From a virus (Duplodnaviria > Caudoviricetes), in IMG/VR virus record IMGVR_UViG_3300017752_000012, positions 1 through 57,647 of that record: DNA of 57,647 bases; one strand, given 5' to 3'. Each line of letters begins with the position of its first letter. Position 1 is the first letter of the stretch. Of the stretch, positions 46,098 to 55,513 are shown piece by piece. Under the pieces are notes generated by a model. That model did no database searches, was not told the origin of the DNA, and saw only the letters and a list, made by a program, of their open reading frames with translations. Both the position numbers and the translations under genes were made by a program.

Positions 46098-46753
46098 AGT
46101 TCAAGTTCGTTCTTAGCAATAATATAAGTTTTGACAAACTCGGATCGCACAATGTCTTCGACCTCATATTCAATAAAATCGAAAAGACCCATACGCTTCA
46201 ATACCTGAAAGAAATCTCTTATTCCGTTGCCTTTCAAGTCTGCTTGTCGGAAGTCTCCACAGAAAATAACTCTAGTGTTCTCACCCATACGAGTGATAAT
46301 AGAGTCAAGCTCATGAAAAGACATATTTTGACACTCATCAATTAAGATTACAGCGTCTCGTAGAGTGATACCTCGAATGAATGAAGTAGTCATAAACTCT
46401 ACTAGATTTTTCTGTTTAAGAATTTCGTAAGCATCACCACGACCAAATAAATCGTTGGCAATATCTTTGTAAGGCTCTTCATAAACAGAGGCTTTTTCTT
46501 TCTCAGTTCCTGGCAGAAATCCAATGTCTCGCGTAGGAACTGCACTTCGTATAATTACTAGCTTTTGATACTCTCCCTTTGTCATATCATCAAACGCTAG
46601 GTATGAGGATATAAAAGTCTTGCCTGTACCTGCGAGTCCGTGCAGCACGAGGTTTTTAGTTGATTCAAATGCTTTGAGTTGGTTGCGTGTTAAAGGTTCG
46701 ATCTCTCTCAGGTCAAAATTTACACCTGCAAGAGTCTTTCTGCGTTTAGCCAT
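46094..46753 (-). CDS. phoH: PhoH-family ATPase
   Basis: GLAGTGKT, IGFLPG...EK, FIRGITL, IDECQN, CGDFRQ.D, DIVRS. Start set at ATG 46753. Confidence 0.92.
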   Translation of the reverse strand: MAKRRKTLAGVNFDLREIEPLTRNQLKAFESTKNLVLHGLAGTGKTFISSYLAFDDMTKGEYQKLVIIRSAVPTRDIGFLPGTEKEKASVYEEPYKDIANDLFGRGDAYEILKQKNLVEFMTTSFIRGITLRDAVILIDECQNMSFHELDSIITRMGENTRVIFCGDFRQADLKGNGIRDFFQVLKRMGLFDFIEYEVEDIVRSEFVKTYIIAKNELEL

Positions 46754-46754
46754 A

Positions 46755-47249
46755 TTATACTTTTCGCCTTGTGTCTTTGAGTTGCTCATCTGCATACTCA
46801 TAAAGCATCCACGGAAGCCCATGTAGATGCAAGATTCCTGCCCAAGATTTACCCTCTTCGGGAGGTCGTGGTACAGTGAAAGGTGCATTGTGCCCTTTCA
46901 CCCATATAAGTGTAGCGATTTGTTTACGCTCCACCCTTTTAATTTTCATATATTTAAGAGGTACTAGCTTCGTCTTTTCATAGATGAAAGGTTTGCCGGT
47001 AAAGTCAACAAAATAAGGCGTAGACTGCTTCATCAAACCATTGGGTGCTGCTACTGACTTTTTGAGTTCATACTTGTTTTTGAGAGGGCTTTGCATACGC
47101 CTAGCCCCTATATTTACACCCATCTGGTTTCTATCGTCTACAACCTGTCCATCACAGAAGAATATGCCGTCTACTACTTCCCAGTTTCCTGAGTCCATCA
47201 AGAAAGCTGGGAAAGTAATTTTTGTAAAGTCTCTAAACGTAAGTAACAT
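46755..47249 (-). CDS. Conserved T5-like protein downstream of DNA polymerase
   Basis: FP...., V.DDRN..G...G.RR..P, F.D..G..F.YEK, C-terminal RRKV. Synteny with the T5 gene after pol. Confidence 0.65.
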   Translation of the reverse strand: MLLTFRDFTKITFPAFLMDSGNWEVVDGIFFCDGQVVDDRNQMGVNIGARRMQSPLKNKYELKKSVAAPNGLMKQSTPYFVDFTGKPFIYEKTKLVPLKYMKIKRVERKQIATLIWVKGHNAPFTVPRPPEEGKSWAGILHLHGLPWMLYEYADEQLKDTRRKV

Positions 47250-47251
47250 AA

Positions 47252-47428
47252 TTACTCTGCTAAACCTAGCTTCTCTTCTGTATCTAGTATCTGCTGAGAC
47301 GCTTTTACCCAGTTCTCAACTGTTGGGTTGTAATCTGTTCTATCTTGAAAGTTATCTACAACCCACTGAGCCATGTTCTTGCCCTTTCCGTGAGGTGATA
47401 GTAACCATATTAAACTTGTGTCTGTCAT
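47252..47428 (-). CDS. 58-aa hypothetical protein (not in the ORF track)
   Basis: MTDTSLIWLLSPHGKGKNMAQWVVDNFQDRTDYNPTVENWVKASQQILDTEEKLGLAE*. ATGA overlap with the pol stop, RBS GGAGA, fills the gap exactly. Confidence 0.6.
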   Translation of the reverse strand: MTDTSLIWLLSPHGKGKNMAQWVVDNFQDRTDYNPTVENWVKASQQILDTEEKLGLAE

Positions 47429-49701
47429 ATTATATCTCCGTACATCTTCTCGAACTTACCACCTGAATAATCTTCGTGAACAATCTCAAAGTCACAACCT
47501 ACAGGAGCGCCTGGTATAGCTATACCTCTGTTCATCTGTATAAACTCTGCTAGTTTCTCCATATACTCTTCTACTTCACCTTCCGGTACTTCTGCTAGAA
47601 TGGAATCATGTACAAGTGCAAAGATACGAGCCTTTTTATTGTTGGCTTTGATCCATGTGTTCATATCAATAGCACCTAAGAGGTTAATATCAGAAGCAGC
47701 AGACTGCACCAGAAAATTAAGACCAGACCGAATGCTATGACTCTGGATGCCTTTGTCTGTCGATGCGACATTTGGTAATCTCCTTTTTCTTCCGAAGAAG
47801 CTGTAAATAAAGCCGTTCTGCTTTATGAATGTTTGGTTGTCAGTAATCCACTGTTTTAGTTTGTGGAAAGCATTAAAGTACTCATCAATTACGTCTTGAG
47901 CCTCTGCTTTGCCAAAAGGTTTACCACTATCTTTGGTAACTTGCTCACTGATCTTAGCCGCGCCTGCCCCATACATAATACCGAAAGTAACAGCCTTTGC
48001 CGCCTGTCGTTGTGTGCCAAACTTCTCAGCTACTTCTTCAACGGGGCAGGGCAACCTAAATACTTTCTTCGCAATAGAACTATGAAAGTTACCACCAGAC
48101 TTGAATACATCCATCAAGGCATTATCTTTTGCAAGTACAGCGGCAACATATACCTCTGCTGTTGTCAAATCCATTGCAACAATTTTATTGCCTGGTGCTG
48201 CTTTGATACAACCTTTTACAATGGGATTATCTCTAGGCAGTTGTTGCATGTTAAGTTTGCCACTAGAGCTAAGCCTGCCACTAGTAGTACCATGCAGGTT
48301 GAAACCTGTACGGAGTCTGCTATCGCGATCCAACTGCGGTAAGATCTTGTCCAGATAAGTATTTTTAATCTTGGACTTTTGTCGAATATTGAGTATAAGT
48401 CCGGGGATGTGGGATTGAGCACCGAGTGCTTCAAGAACCTCTGCGTCTGTAGAATGTGCTCCAGTGCCAGTCTTTTTGCCAGTAGGATTGAGACCAACAA
48501 AGTCGAACAACAAACTACGAAGCTGCACAGTAGAGTTAGGATTAAAATCTTTTCCATTAATTTTCTCGAATTTACTAATGGCAGGGTCTTTGTATAGTTC
48601 TGCTACTGCATCATCAATTTCTTGTTGCATCAGGGATTGAGACTTTACTAGTCTTAACTTATCAAAAGGTACGCCATTGTCTTGGATGTCCGTTAAGAAA
48701 CGGCAACCAGGGATTAATATATTGTCATATACTTTTGCTAAACGCTTGTTCTGTTTAATCTTGATAAACTTCTCGTAAAGCAAGTATGTAACAGCGGCGT
48801 CCATACCAGCATATAGTTTCATAATGTCAAAGGGAATATCTCCCCAGCTAAAATCATTTTTGAGTATACCATGTTGCTTACGATAGTTATCTATCCAATC
48901 ATACATTGGCTTCTCATAGTCCCCGTACTTTGTATACTTGATAGCTAACTGCTTCAAGCCATGTGTACCAGGATTTTCATCAATTAGGTAGTGTAGTAGC
49001 ATTGTGTCCTCAAAGTGAGGAAACTTAAAATTGAAATGGTACTCGAAGAAAGCCAAGTCAAACTTTGCGTTATGGAATACTACTGCTTTTTTGTTAAAGA
49101 GTTCTTGCAATAGACGCTCAGACTCTTCATCTAAACACTCTGTGTCTATGTATGCGCCACGATCTTGCTCATAAGATAGCGATAAACCCAACATATGCCC
49201 ATCACGTGGGTATAGTCCTGTAGTCTCCGAATCGAGTGCAATATAAGGGCTAGGAGCGTCGATAGCTGCTTGAAAGAAAGCGTTGGCTTCTGTTGTATCT
49301 TGAATACCCCAAGCGTTGTACTCGGTAATAACCGTATCTTCTATTTCGCCTTTGATATATCCAATGATACTTGCTTTGGAATCTTCCCATGTTCTTTTCG
49401 CCTCTGGTTTAAATGCGAGCATGGCAGGGTTAATGACAGGTAAGAACTTCTCTTCTACTTTCTTACCAGAATATTCTGTAACTGAGTTGATGGGGGTGAA
49501 GTATTTAAGAGCATCACTTCCCACTAGAATTACCCAGTCATAGTCGTCTGTATTGATCTCGATATCACAATCTCGTTTCAATACTTTTTTGAGAGTAGGG
49601 TCGGAGCAAAGCTGATACTGATCAAACTCAAATGCGTCATCGAACTCTCTTTTAAAATTTGTTTTACTTGGTTTAGTTTCTACTAATGCAACTTTAGGCA
49701 T
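47425..49701 (-). CDS. pol: DNA polymerase, family A (T5-like) with 3'-5' exonuclease
   Basis: ExoI DSETT, HNAKFD, YAGMD. Polymerase motifs TTSGRLSS, DLTTAEV, RQAAKAVTFGIMYG, VHDS. Confidence 0.97.
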   Translation of the reverse strand: MPKVALVETKPSKTNFKREFDDAFEFDQYQLCSDPTLKKVLKRDCDIEINTDDYDWVILVGSDALKYFTPINSVTEYSGKKVEEKFLPVINPAMLAFKPEAKRTWEDSKASIIGYIKGEIEDTVITEYNAWGIQDTTEANAFFQAAIDAPSPYIALDSETTGLYPRDGHMLGLSLSYEQDRGAYIDTECLDEESERLLQELFNKKAVVFHNAKFDLAFFEYHFNFKFPHFEDTMLLHYLIDENPGTHGLKQLAIKYTKYGDYEKPMYDWIDNYRKQHGILKNDFSWGDIPFDIMKLYAGMDAAVTYLLYEKFIKIKQNKRLAKVYDNILIPGCRFLTDIQDNGVPFDKLRLVKSQSLMQQEIDDAVAELYKDPAISKFEKINGKDFNPNSTVQLRSLLFDFVGLNPTGKKTGTGAHSTDAEVLEALGAQSHIPGLILNIRQKSKIKNTYLDKILPQLDRDSRLRTGFNLHGTTSGRLSSSGKLNMQQLPRDNPIVKGCIKAAPGNKIVAMDLTTAEVYVAAVLAKDNALMDVFKSGGNFHSSIAKKVFRLPCPVEEVAEKFGTQRQAAKAVTFGIMYGAGAAKISEQVTKDSGKPFGKAEAQDVIDEYFNAFHKLKQWITDNQTFIKQNGFIYSFFGRKRRLPNVASTDKGIQSHSIRSGLNFLVQSAASDINLLGAIDMNTWIKANNKKARIFALVHDSILAEVPEGEVEEYMEKLAEFIQMNRGIAIPGAPVGCDFEIVHEDYSGGKFEKMYGDII

Positions 49702-50521
49702 ATAATTTACTCTTTAGTTTCTGTACTGTTTGTAAGGGTAAGGCTCCTGGATCACGATCCTTGAGGCTCACATTTCTACTAGCCAAGCCTACTCGCTCAG
49801 CCATCTCTTGAACTTCTTTGGAGGCGTTCTGTCCTGCCTCATCTCCATCAAAGAATACAATTACTTCATCTACACCTTGTATAGAAAGCATACGTAATTT
49901 ATCCTCATTAATGTTCTTTGTGCCGAAGCAACAAATTGCATTATCTAATCCTTTATCATGCAAGTTTACCATATCATATATACCTTCTACTAGTACAACA
50001 GAACCTTGTATCGGCTCTACTACAGGGAATAGAGGCATCTTCGCACCCGCAGGCGAGATCATATACTTAGGCGTTCCGCCTGTAGTATGACGACCATTGA
50101 ATGCTACTATACGACCAGATATATCTCTTACAGGGAACACAATCCTGCCGATATGATCGGGATCATGGTGCTGAAACGCTTCAAACTTCTTGTATGTTTC
50201 AGGCTTAATATCTCTCCAATTGCCCGCATAAGGAACAATATTCCGAGGAAAAGACAAACCAACCGACTCAGACCTCTTAGCTTTAATAGTCTTTTTTAAT
50301 AGTTCTCGTCTTAGTTGTAGTTGGTTTGCCTTTTCGCCGAAATGAGTAAAAATGTTGCCCTTGAAACCGCACGAGAAACACTGAAATATGCCTGTGATTT
50401 TATCAATGCGCATACTAGGATTTCTATCGTCATGATCTGGTGACAAGCAGCGTACCAAAAAGTCTCCGCCTTTTGGTATAAAATAAATTCCTTTCGCTAC
50501 GAGTAGTTCTTCTACTGTCAA
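49694..50521 (-). CDS. DNA primase (Zn finger plus TOPRIM)
   Basis: CLSPDH.D.NPS...CFSCG, PKY, LVEGIYD, FDGDEAG. Confidence 0.92.
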   Translation of the reverse strand: MTVEELLVAKGIYFIPKGGDFLVRCLSPDHDDRNPSMRIDKITGIFQCFSCGFKGNIFTHFGEKANQLQLRRELLKKTIKAKRSESVGLSFPRNIVPYAGNWRDIKPETYKKFEAFQHHDPDHIGRIVFPVRDISGRIVAFNGRHTTGGTPKYMISPAGAKMPLFPVVEPIQGSVVLVEGIYDMVNLHDKGLDNAICCFGTKNINEDKLRMLSIQGVDEVIVFFDGDEAGQNASKEVQEMAERVGLASRNVSLKDRDPGALPLQTVQKLKSKLYA

Positions 50522-50799
50522 CGTCCTATATCCTTTACATTTTCACTACTGATTACTTGGTATGCACCTTTGTTATATGCAGGTGCTACTGTGAAGGAAG
50601 CATTGTCCGCATAACTGCGGTCAGGGGCTTCGCAAGTACCTACACCATCGTCCGCAGATCTATAGTGAACTGTGTCTCTGCGATAGGTATTGGCAACCTC
50701 TAAGGGTTCAAACTTAGGAGTATAGGTCTTAGACTTAGGTAAAGGCTTGCGCTTTCTACCTGAAGCTGTATGTCGTAAACTGCCGAATGTAAGTGCCAT
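50518..50799 (-). CDS. Small conserved phage protein (APAYNKGAYQVI family)
   Basis: Start moved to ATG 50799 (RBS AAGGAG, downstream of its promoter). C-terminal APAYNKGAYQVIS...DIGR. Confidence 0.65.
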   Translation of the reverse strand: MALTFGSLRHTASGRKRKPLPKSKTYTPKFEPLEVANTYRRDTVHYRSADDGVGTCEAPDRSYADNASFTVAPAYNKGAYQVISSENVKDIGR

Positions 50800-50829
50800 A
50801 TTGCTTCTCCTTCTTGTAAATGTCCGTAT

Positions 50830-50858
50830 ATTATACGCCATTGAAGGTAAGAAGTCAA
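50830..50858 (-). promoter_or_regulatory. Sigma70 promoter for the primase-polymerase operon
   Basis: TTGACT 50858-50853, 17-nt spacer, TATAAT 50835-50830. Confidence 0.85.
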
Positions 50859-50867
50859 GAACTATTT

Positions 50868-52220
50868 TTAAATATCATCAATTTCTTCACCAGTTTTATG
50901 GGAAGAATCTTCACGTTCTTTAGGAGTGAGTGCAGACTCGGGGCCGATCTTTAGGCTGTCCCAATCTACTTCTGAGGTAAATGACTTCATAGAGGCTGAA
51001 CGCATCTTCACACAATTCAATGTGATACAGGCATCTTCATGATCCCACGTTTCCAACGTGTAAGCGGCATCTGCCGCATCAAGAATACCTTTAGCGAATC
51101 TAGCTTCTCCACTAGCGTCTGTTTGGTAGGGTGAGAATACGGTACAATCGTACTCCTGTGCCATAGACTTCAATGCTTTACTAACTTCAATCTGCTCTGT
51201 CCAGTCATACTGTCCACCAGTACGAGAGGGTAGACTCGACCGCTTTACCTGATTAATATAGTCAACGATAATGACACCAACATTCAGAGGTTTGACTTTT
51301 TTGTCAAGCTCGGCACGAATTTTGGATAGTGTTAAAGCTGGCTCATATACTACATCTAACTGCTGAGTCGGGAGGAGCTCGTGGTTAGCTTTCAGTACAT
51401 TATGCAACTTCTCAAAGTCACGATGTTCTCTATATTCCTTCAAGCGGTCTTGTCCATCAACATAACGAGCTGTCCACCAATTAGCCACCTGTTCCCACTC
51501 AGTAACATTTAAGTTCTGAGTACGCAGACGCGCAAAAGGAATTTTAGTGGCAATTGAGCAACATCTCTGAAGGATAGATCGACTATCCATCTCAATAGTG
51601 AAATAGATAGCCGACTTACCTGAAGCGTAAACATTGTTGGCAATGTTTGCACAAATAACAGATTTACCTGCACCACGTCGTCCACCGACCATAACCAAAT
51701 CTCTAGGAGAGAACTGGATTTCATGATCGTACTCATCATTGAGTCCGAACTTCATGTAACGGGCTAAATCTTCTTCTGGCTCAAACAGTTCAATACGTTG
51801 CATACTTTCCTGTGGGGCTTCAAGATCAACCTTATCTTCAATGTCTAAGACAATCTGATGAAGGTGGTCTACTGACTCTTGAGCATCCTCGAATGCTACA
51901 GAGTGTTCAACATAATCTTCTAGTGAGTCCAGAATTTCTTTCTGAGTATATTCGTTCTTTAGATACTGAAGAAGCATCTCAGGGTCGGCATCGACCTCGA
52001 CAGCTTCAATCGCAAAAAGTTTTTCACGAGTAGCAGAATCACGAATCTCATACTTGAGATCTTCAACTGTGGGCATTTTATGAAAGGTCTCGCAGTGCTT
52101 ATCAATAATCTTATAAAGACTATGATACTCACTTGGCAGATAATGCCTGTGCGTTACACTCCAGGTCTGAAAGTCCTGTAGCTCAAGCACTTGCTTTATT
52201 AGCGCAGATGCGATATTCAA
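50868..52220 (-). CDS. D6: Replicative DnaB-like helicase (T5 D6-like)
   Basis: GGRRGAGKS, YFTIEM, IIVDYIN, PYQ, RFAKGILDAAD, KMR. Confidence 0.9.
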   Translation of the reverse strand: MNIASALIKQVLELQDFQTWSVTHRHYLPSEYHSLYKIIDKHCETFHKMPTVEDLKYEIRDSATREKLFAIEAVEVDADPEMLLQYLKNEYTQKEILDSLEDYVEHSVAFEDAQESVDHLHQIVLDIEDKVDLEAPQESMQRIELFEPEEDLARYMKFGLNDEYDHEIQFSPRDLVMVGGRRGAGKSVICANIANNVYASGKSAIYFTIEMDSRSILQRCCSIATKIPFARLRTQNLNVTEWEQVANWWTARYVDGQDRLKEYREHRDFEKLHNVLKANHELLPTQQLDVVYEPALTLSKIRAELDKKVKPLNVGVIIVDYINQVKRSSLPSRTGGQYDWTEQIEVSKALKSMAQEYDCTVFSPYQTDASGEARFAKGILDAADAAYTLETWDHEDACITLNCVKMRSASMKSFTSEVDWDSLKIGPESALTPKEREDSSHKTGEEIDDI

Positions 52221-52248
52221 TTATAAACCCTCCCAAGTTTAAAGATGT

Positions 52249-52272
52249 GGGTAGACCCCGTAGAGCCTACCC
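52249..52272 (-). terminator. 10-bp hairpin with cUACGg tetraloop between D5 and D6 (weak terminator or stabiliser)
   Basis: On the - strand: GGGTAGGCTC-TACG-GGGTCTACCC with two G-U pairs, followed only by ACATCTTT. Confidence 0.6.
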
Positions 52273-52290
52273 GAAAGATACTAAGCTAGA

Positions 52291-53013
52291 TTAAGCAGAT
52301 GCTTTTTCTTTCTTAGCTGCGCCATCATAGTCAGAGGCAGTTAAGCCACGACGAGTTAGCATAGTCTTAACGCCACGAGCAGTTTTGCCAATCGCTTCAG
52401 CGATAGCTTCAACAGTCATGTCGCCGACTGAAAGGTCAGCCAAAGGATCTTCTTTTGAAGCGCCTTTAGTTACTTCTTGCTTAGGAATGGCGTTGATGTC
52501 GCCAGAACGAAGTAGGCTAAGAGCTTTACCACGTACTGAGTTCACAGAGCGACCTAGAGCTTCAGCGATAGCTTCTACGAAAGCACCGTCGTTTACCAAC
52601 TGTACAAAAGTAGCTTCTTCGTCTGGGCTGTAAGTACGAACTGCTTCAACTTTAGGAGCAGGTTTAACGTGATCCGTTAGTTCCATAGACAAGATTTTAC
52701 CTTGAATAGACTTAGGAGAGAATGCGCCATCTTCGAAAAGACCTGCGATATCTGCATAAGTATATTGACCGCTGTTATCAGCAACAAAAGAGGCTAGAGT
52801 AGCTTCTTGAGCGTCTGTAAACGCACGGCTTGCTGATGCTGAAGCTAGTTCAACATCAAAACCCATTTTACGTAGTTTGCTAGAAACTGAACGGGTTGAG
52901 GTTTCAAGTTGTTCTGCTGCTTCTGCAACAGTTGCTTGGCTCACAGGTGATTCATCACCTACGAAATTTGTAAGAGAGCTAGTACGCTCGTCTGTCCACT
53001 TAGGAAGTGCCAT
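52291..53013 (-). CDS. D5: DNA-binding transcription regulator (T5 D5-like, repeated HTH)
   Basis: RSVSSKLRKMG, YTYADIA, QGKILSME, VRGKALSLLR, RGVKTML.RRGL...DYDG. Confidence 0.88.
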   Translation of the reverse strand: MALPKWTDERTSSLTNFVGDESPVSQATVAEAAEQLETSTRSVSSKLRKMGFDVELASASASRAFTDAQEATLASFVADNSGQYTYADIAGLFEDGAFSPKSIQGKILSMELTDHVKPAPKVEAVRTYSPDEEATFVQLVNDGAFVEAIAEALGRSVNSVRGKALSLLRSGDINAIPKQEVTKGASKEDPLADLSVGDMTVEAIAEAIGKTARGVKTMLTRRGLTASDYDGAAKKEKASA

Positions 53014-53016
53014 ATT

Positions 53017-53766
53017 TTATTCTCCAATAAAATCTAATAAATTAGTTATGATTTCTACGCCAGAGTCTCTGGCTTTCTTAGTTTTAGCGGACTCAACTCC
53101 GCTTTCGTTAACCAGTATTGTAACATCCTTTGTCAAACTTGTTTTGGTTACATATCCAAGTTCTTGTAGTTTAGCATTTGCCTCTGCTTTAGTTTTGAAA
53201 CTACTCAGTTTACCACTAATACATACAGTGCCTTTCGCTACCTCGACAACTCTAGGGCTGTCGAACTGAAAGTCAAAAGGTAAAAGACTAACATAATAGA
53301 ACTCGTCCTCGATCCATGAGGTAAGATTACTACTCGCTTTATCGCCAAGACCAGCCTTACGGCACAAATCATAGTCTATTTCTTCAATGTCTTTGCAGAC
53401 TCTCGATAGCTTTTCCGCGGCACTTTTGCCGATAAGCGGGATGCTGAATGCAGGTAATAACACATTCAGGGGTGCAGAGCGAGATCTCTGTAGTTCATCT
53501 AATAACTTGACTGCCAATCTATCAGAAGATAGAGCCTCGGATACATCATCAAGCGATAAGTCATAGAGTTCCTCGAGGGAGGTTATTCCTAACTTCTTAA
53601 TGGTTGCAGGGCCGAGACCTTTGATCTTCAGAGTCTTAGCAAAGTGTTCAATGAGCTTCAGAGATTTCTCTCCGCATTTGGGGTTTCTACAATACAGAAG
53701 ATGATTGACTTCTTCGAGAACCGAGCTGCAACTGGGGCAAACTGTGGGTGCTTCGATGAATGTCAT
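53017..53766 (-). CDS. ligB: NAD-dependent DNA ligase subunit B (Zn finger, HhH, BRCT)
   Basis: CPSC...C.N..C, IKGLGP, IPLIG, VCISGKL...SAKTKKA...GV. Confidence 0.9.
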   Translation of the reverse strand: MTFIEAPTVCPSCSSVLEEVNHLLYCRNPKCGEKSLKLIEHFAKTLKIKGLGPATIKKLGITSLEELYDLSLDDVSEALSSDRLAVKLLDELQRSRSAPLNVLLPAFSIPLIGKSAAEKLSRVCKDIEEIDYDLCRKAGLGDKASSNLTSWIEDEFYYVSLLPFDFQFDSPRVVEVAKGTVCISGKLSSFKTKAEANAKLQELGYVTKTSLTKDVTILVNESGVESAKTKKARDSGVEIITNLLDFIGE

Positions 53767-53792
53767 GGTCTCTCCTCTGAAATTGAAATAGT

Positions 53793-53821
53793 ATTATACG
53801 GAAATTTAAGGTTTCTGTCAA
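53793..53821 (-). promoter_or_regulatory. Sigma70 promoter between the ligase subunit genes
   Basis: TTGACA 53821-53816, 17-nt spacer, TATAAT 53798-53793. Confidence 0.9.
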
Positions 53822-53839
53822 GAATTATTTTTCTACAGG

Positions 53840-54772
53840 TCACGAAGGATTAATCCGTCTGACAATGCGAGGTATAATCTCACCAGAACGTATAACTTCT
53901 ACTCGACATCCGATCTCCAGATCTAGGTCGCGTATGTACTCAATATTGTGCAATGTGGCTCTAGACACTGTCGCTCCGCCTATCTCAACGGGATCAAGAA
54001 CCCCGACTGGACTGACTACACCACTTTTGCCTAGCTGCCACACCACATCTAAGAGAGTTGTTTCTACACCCTGCTTCTGCTCTTTAAGAGCAAACGCACC
54101 TCGTGGGTGGTTAGAGGTATGACCCAATTCTTCAAACTTGAAGTTGTCTCGTAGACGATACACTATACCATCGGTAGGATAGCCAGTGCAATCAAAAGAA
54201 AGTGCTGTATTGAAACCCATACGTTCCAACCCTTCAAGAGTTGCGTCAAAGTTTCGATTTACAACTCTCTCTTGACCATACGCTACGAACCACAACTCTT
54301 TGGAACGCTCAAAGAACTCGTCGTGGTCTTTCAAGTTGAGAGACCCCGCAGCGTAGTTACGAGCATTAGGAATAGAGTCTGGAGCAACTACTTCACCAGT
54401 GATCTGTACCATAGCTTTTATAGATATGATATTAGGTACTAGCAAACGCATCTTATCAGTGATGTCCCTGCCTTGTATGCCATCGCCCCTCGTAAGAGCC
54501 AACTGGAGTAAACCCTCAACATACAACAGCGAAACAGCCGCCCCGTCAAGTTTAGGAGTTTCGATACACTCATCTACCGCCAAAGGAGCTTCTGCAAGAT
54601 CAAAACATTTCTTGAGAGAATACATACGATAGACATGAGGTATAGCATCAGTTACTTGGTAACCGACTCGATTGTATTGATGCTTATCTGCCAAGAGATC
54701 AAACTCCTCATCTGAGATGATGGGCGACCCCTCATAGTATGCTTCACACGCTCTGTCTAAAAACTCTTTCAC
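53840..54772 (-). CDS. ligA: NAD-dependent DNA ligase subunit A (adenylation and OB domains)
   Basis: YYEG.PIISD.EFD, KLDG, TRGDG..G.DIT, RNYAAGSL, DGIV, ATLHN, RSGEIIP. Confidence 0.93.
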   Translation of the reverse strand: MKEFLDRACEAYYEGSPIISDEEFDLLADKHQYNRVGYQVTDAIPHVYRMYSLKKCFDLAEAPLAVDECIETPKLDGAAVSLLYVEGLLQLALTRGDGIQGRDITDKMRLLVPNIISIKAMVQITGEVVAPDSIPNARNYAAGSLNLKDHDEFFERSKELWFVAYGQERVVNRNFDATLEGLERMGFNTALSFDCTGYPTDGIVYRLRDNFKFEELGHTSNHPRGAFALKEQKQGVETTLLDVVWQLGKSGVVSPVGVLDPVEIGGATVSRATLHNIEYIRDLDLEIGCRVEVIRSGEIIPRIVRRINPS

Positions 54773-54799
54773 TTATGGTTCTCCTAAAATTGAAATACT

Positions 54800-54828
54800 A
54801 TTATACGGAATTTTAGGAAACCTGTCAA
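54800..54828 (-). promoter_or_regulatory. Sigma70 promoter for ligA
   Basis: TTGACA 54828-54823, 17-nt spacer, TATAAT 54805-54800. Confidence 0.9.
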
Positions 54829-54831
54829 GAA

Positions 54832-55131
54832 CTATTTATAAAGATCCTTAATTAAGTCTCCAAAAACTTCTTCTACCAACTGCTTCGACTCAGCTAGCGA
54901 TAATATCTCTACTAGCCCTGCAAATAATTCTCTTGAGTTGGTAAGATCAAGTGGCATTGCTACACCTTCGGGAGTAGGTTTCCACTCCTCATTGAAGTCT
55001 AAATAATACTTACGCAAGTGTATGTACTCAACATCTCGAAAAGTATTGATGGTGAGTCGTACTTGCTGCTCCTTTACTTGGTCATAGTGTATAACACGAG
55101 AGTAGGCTTCAGGCGCTTGGTGTAGTTCCAT
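54832..55131 (-). CDS. PC4/YdbC-like ssDNA-binding protein
   Basis: VRLTINTFRDVEYIHLRKYY....EWKPT.EGV.M, the PC4 signature. T5 encodes a PC4 homologue at this position. Confidence 0.8.
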   Translation of the reverse strand: MELHQAPEAYSRVIHYDQVKEQQVRLTINTFRDVEYIHLRKYYLDFNEEWKPTPEGVAMPLDLTNSRELFAGLVEILSLAESKQLVEEVFGDLIKDLYK

Positions 55132-55403
55132 TACTTTCTACCCTCGTTCTTTAGGATTGACGATAGAGGTACTACGCTCGACACATTGGAAGGGCGTAAC
55201 AAGCGATAAGAATCGGTATCCCAACAGAAAAACAATAAGGTATCTTTTGTTTCTTTTGCTCTATTCTTTTTCTTTTGTATGTAAGGCGTGGAAAAATCTA
55301 GAGTACAAACATTGTACTTTAGCTTTCTCGATTGCTCACTACGATATGTAATGATTGCGTCCCCGTATTCTGTGACGAGGTCTGCTAGTTCTTGCTTTTT
55401 CAC
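55131..55403 (-). CDS. Conserved T5-like hypothetical protein
   Basis: Start moved to GTG 55403 (RBS AAGGAG). KYNVCTLDF..PYI, FCWDTDSYR. Confidence 0.65.
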   Translation of the reverse strand: MKKQELADLVTEYGDAIITYRSEQSRKLKYNVCTLDFSTPYIQKKKNRAKETKDTLLFFCWDTDSYRLLRPSNVSSVVPLSSILKNEGRK

Positions 55404-55475
55404 TTTAGCTCCTTTGTAGTAATTCAGCAATAATTATTGTGTTATTACATACTGTTAGGTGCTTTTGCTAGATAC

Positions 55476-55507
55476 AAGAAAGCCCCGCTAGTCTAAACTA
55501 GCAGGGC
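55476..55507 (-). terminator. Rho-independent terminator after D3
   Basis: On the - strand: GCCCTGCTAGT-TTAG-ACTAGCGGGGC-TTTCTT. Confidence 0.8.
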
Positions 55508-55513
55508 AGGTAC

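Noticed and set aside
49300-49701. N-terminal extra domain of the DNA polymerase as a novel fusion
   Set aside because: T5 polymerase has a matching N-terminal region (DYD.VILVG...), so it is a family feature.
36265-49701. Introns, inteins or homing endonucleases in nrdA, nrdB, pol or the helicases
   Set aside because: All are uninterrupted and of normal length, with contiguous catalytic motifs.
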